Of a stretch of DNA of 64,000 bases, positions 61,820-64,000 are shown in pieces. The position numbers were made by a program, and so were the translations under genes. The DNA comes from Octopus bimaculoides. Taxonomy: Eukaryota. Under the pieces are notes generated by a model. That model saw nothing but the letters and a program-made list of their open reading frames with translations, had not been told where the DNA came from and made no database searches. Position 1 is the stretch's first letter; every line of letters begins with the position of its first letter. The stretch lies in contig NC_068990.1 of the NCBI RefSeq assembly GCF_001194135.2, positions 34,080,239-34,144,238 on the forward strand, in the 5' to 3' direction.

Positions 61820-62718
61820 TTCTTGGAGTATATGCCTTGCGAGTGGATTTGGTAGACGGAAAGTGAAGGAAGTCCGTCGTATATATGCATATATATGTAA
61901 GGGACGACCGTGCAAACTCAAAAAGGAGAAATGGTGACGAATGGAAAAACAGAGGACTCCTTTTATTTAAACGAGTCACACGGTCGAACACACAATATTA
62001 TATATCGTCTTGGTTTGGTGTACATAGTAAGTCGTGTTGACGCTGGTGGTGTAGAGGCTGTTTGGTAGTAATCGTGTTGGTCATGACGATGTTGCTGGAT
62101 AGTAGTCGTAGACTCTTGTTGCTGATGTGGTGACGGCGGAGGTCCTCGTGGCTGGACGAAGCTGCTGAAGTGGTCGCTGGCTGCTGCTGCTGTCGTGTGG
62201 TACACGGAACAGTCTCTAAGAGAAACTGGACCGAGACAAATTTGTGGGGTATGAGTTGATCTATTTATAGCGTTAAGGGGGCTCACCAGATATCAGAAAT
62301 ATACTCTATCACGTGACCTTATTAAGGGCTGTGATTGGTCAGTTTGCGTTCTGGCGGGAACGGTTCGAAGTTGCCGATTCGAATAATGATCAGTCATGTG
62401 ATGACAAGGAATGAGTTCTCTACTACGCTCGCATTTATTTATATTTAAATGAGAAGATTGTATGTAATGGCGATAGTAGTTTGTATCTAGTGACGATAGG
62501 TAGTTTCACTACATATATATATGTAAGTATGGGCATATGTTTGTGTCTGTGTTTGTTCCCCCCCACCATCGCTTGAAAACCGATGCTGGTGTGTTTATGT
62601 TCCCGTAACTTAGTGGTTCGACCAAAGAGACCGATAGAATAAGTCCTGGGGTCGATTTGCTAGACTAAAGGCGGTGCTCCAGCATGGCCACAGTCAAATG
62701 ACTGAAACAAGTAAAAGA
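61820..62718 (+). mobile_element. SINE family A (head missing) interrupted by a solo LTR
   Basis: Core end at 61835-61880 and 3' module at 62540-62718 flank the LTR. Confidence 0.85.
61896..62513 (-). mobile_element. solo LTR, 618 bp
   Basis: TGTA...TACA termini with TATA on both sides. On the minus strand CCAATCA, TATAAATAG and a downstream AATAAA occur in U3-R-U5 order. CpG-rich relative to the flanks. Confidence 0.85.
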
Positions 62719-63039
62719 TTATTATTATTATTATATTGCTAAGCATATCTGGTCTAAGTGAAAAGAGGAAGGAAAAATACATATATTGAAAAATAATAAT
62801 AATATTAGCTAGGGTTAAAACCTTTAACTAGCATTTAAAAAATATACGCATCAGTCATGAATCGTGCTCTGAGTGAATGTAACAATACTAAATGTTCAAT
62901 GTTATCTAGCATGGAGTTAGAATGTCTTCAAACTATCACCAAAGAAAAATACTAGTAGCAATGTAATTAATAACAACAAATAGGATTACAGTACTACTAT
63001 AGCTACTACAATAAAATTGTTCCGTTATTTCTTTCGCTA

Positions 63040-63335
63040 GAACAGAAAAGTTGCTTTGCTCTATCTAATTCTTCGCGACGGATATGCGAAGAAAATTTAG
63101 GTATTTTCAGAGGTTATTGATTTTCCTAACAGATCAGATAGAGAGAGACGGCACTGTAAAGGGAAGTAACTCCGGCGAGCAGCCCGAATGGCAAGTCCTG
63201 AACAAGCAGCCGTCTGTTTATTTCAAACCACAACCAAAGTATTAACAGAACTTGATGCAAAGCAGTGGCACCGTAGTAAAACATAAATGTGAAAGAGAGA
63301 GAGAGGGGTAGTGGTCAGTAGTATTTCACGCGCGT
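63040..63335. promoter_or_regulatory. CpG-enriched promoter-like region
   Basis: Unique sequence with dense CpG, an 8-bp inverted repeat (63069-63093) and AAGGGAAGTAACTC. Confidence 0.35.
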
Positions 63336-64000
63336 GTGTGTGTATGTGTGTAAAAATAAATACAAAGATAGACACGCATACATACATACTCATAGTAATT
63401 GTCTAGAAGGCTAGCTACAGGCTACTATTAAATAATATCAATATTGCCGTCGAATTTCCTTTAATTCTTTTACAAATAACAGGAAATTCCTGTGTAATAA
63501 ATTAAAATTCATTCCCAGCATGAGTGTATTGAACAAAGACTTTATTTTTCAGTATTTCCATTTATTACTTTTCTTATTTCTTTCCGCGAGTTGGTTAAGC
63601 ATCACAACAGTAAATAAATGAATAATAAAAAATTCTTGGTGCCAATAAGATATGTACACGGTGCGTGTACGAAAGAAGTGGGAAGGGAAACGCTAGCATA
63701 GAGATATATAAGCGAATGCACATACACAATGTATGTATCTAACTGCATTGAAACAAGACGGGGGTGGGGGAGAAAATTCTATGAAGAATATGTGCACTAT
63801 GCTGGCTGGCATAAGTATACATATGCAAGTGTGTCGATTTACGTTAATGTATCCTCGTGTAGGCGCCTATACATATCAATGAATCTGAACATAGATGCGT
63901 GTTTACCGTCGGTGTTTCTATGGTGTATTTTACATGCGTACATACATACATCGGTGGAGACGGACTATATGTAATCTGAACCTTCCCCCCCTTATTTATT

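Noticed and set aside
61570-61820. Moderately GC-rich block before the SINE A core
   Set aside because: Probably a repeat, but it is single-copy in this window with no termini or coding motif, so it cannot be classified.

Overview
AT-rich animal genomic scaffold with four N gaps (1313-1948, 3941-4331, 52717-52816, 57384-57848). It is saturated with microsatellites and transposon relics. The SINE families, GAT-tailed RTE ends and microsatellite load look like an octopus (coleoid cephalopod) genome; this is inference, not a database match. I could not confidently identify any host gene, and most entries in the ORF track are microsatellite or gap artefacts. Well-supported content: fragments of RTE and CR1/Jockey-like LINEs, a decayed Ty3/Gypsy pol, a Helitron Rep/Hel 5' fragment, a Tc1 5' end, Penelope RT and GIY-YIG relics, a 618-bp solo LTR, piggyBac-, hAT- and mariner-type MITEs with target-site duplications (TSDs), and at least four tRNA-derived SINE families (labelled A-D here, plus hybrids) that swap modules. 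The most unusual element is a ~480-bp palindrome (49650-50131): a head-to-head pair of a tRNA-headed element whose tail carries a Penelope-type hammerhead-core-like motif. Other leads are a 42-bp tandem repeat with third-codon-position-biased divergence (55483-55667), a candidate exon with a Bcl-2 BH1-like motif (41666-41781), and two promoter-like regions sharing a 14-bp motif.
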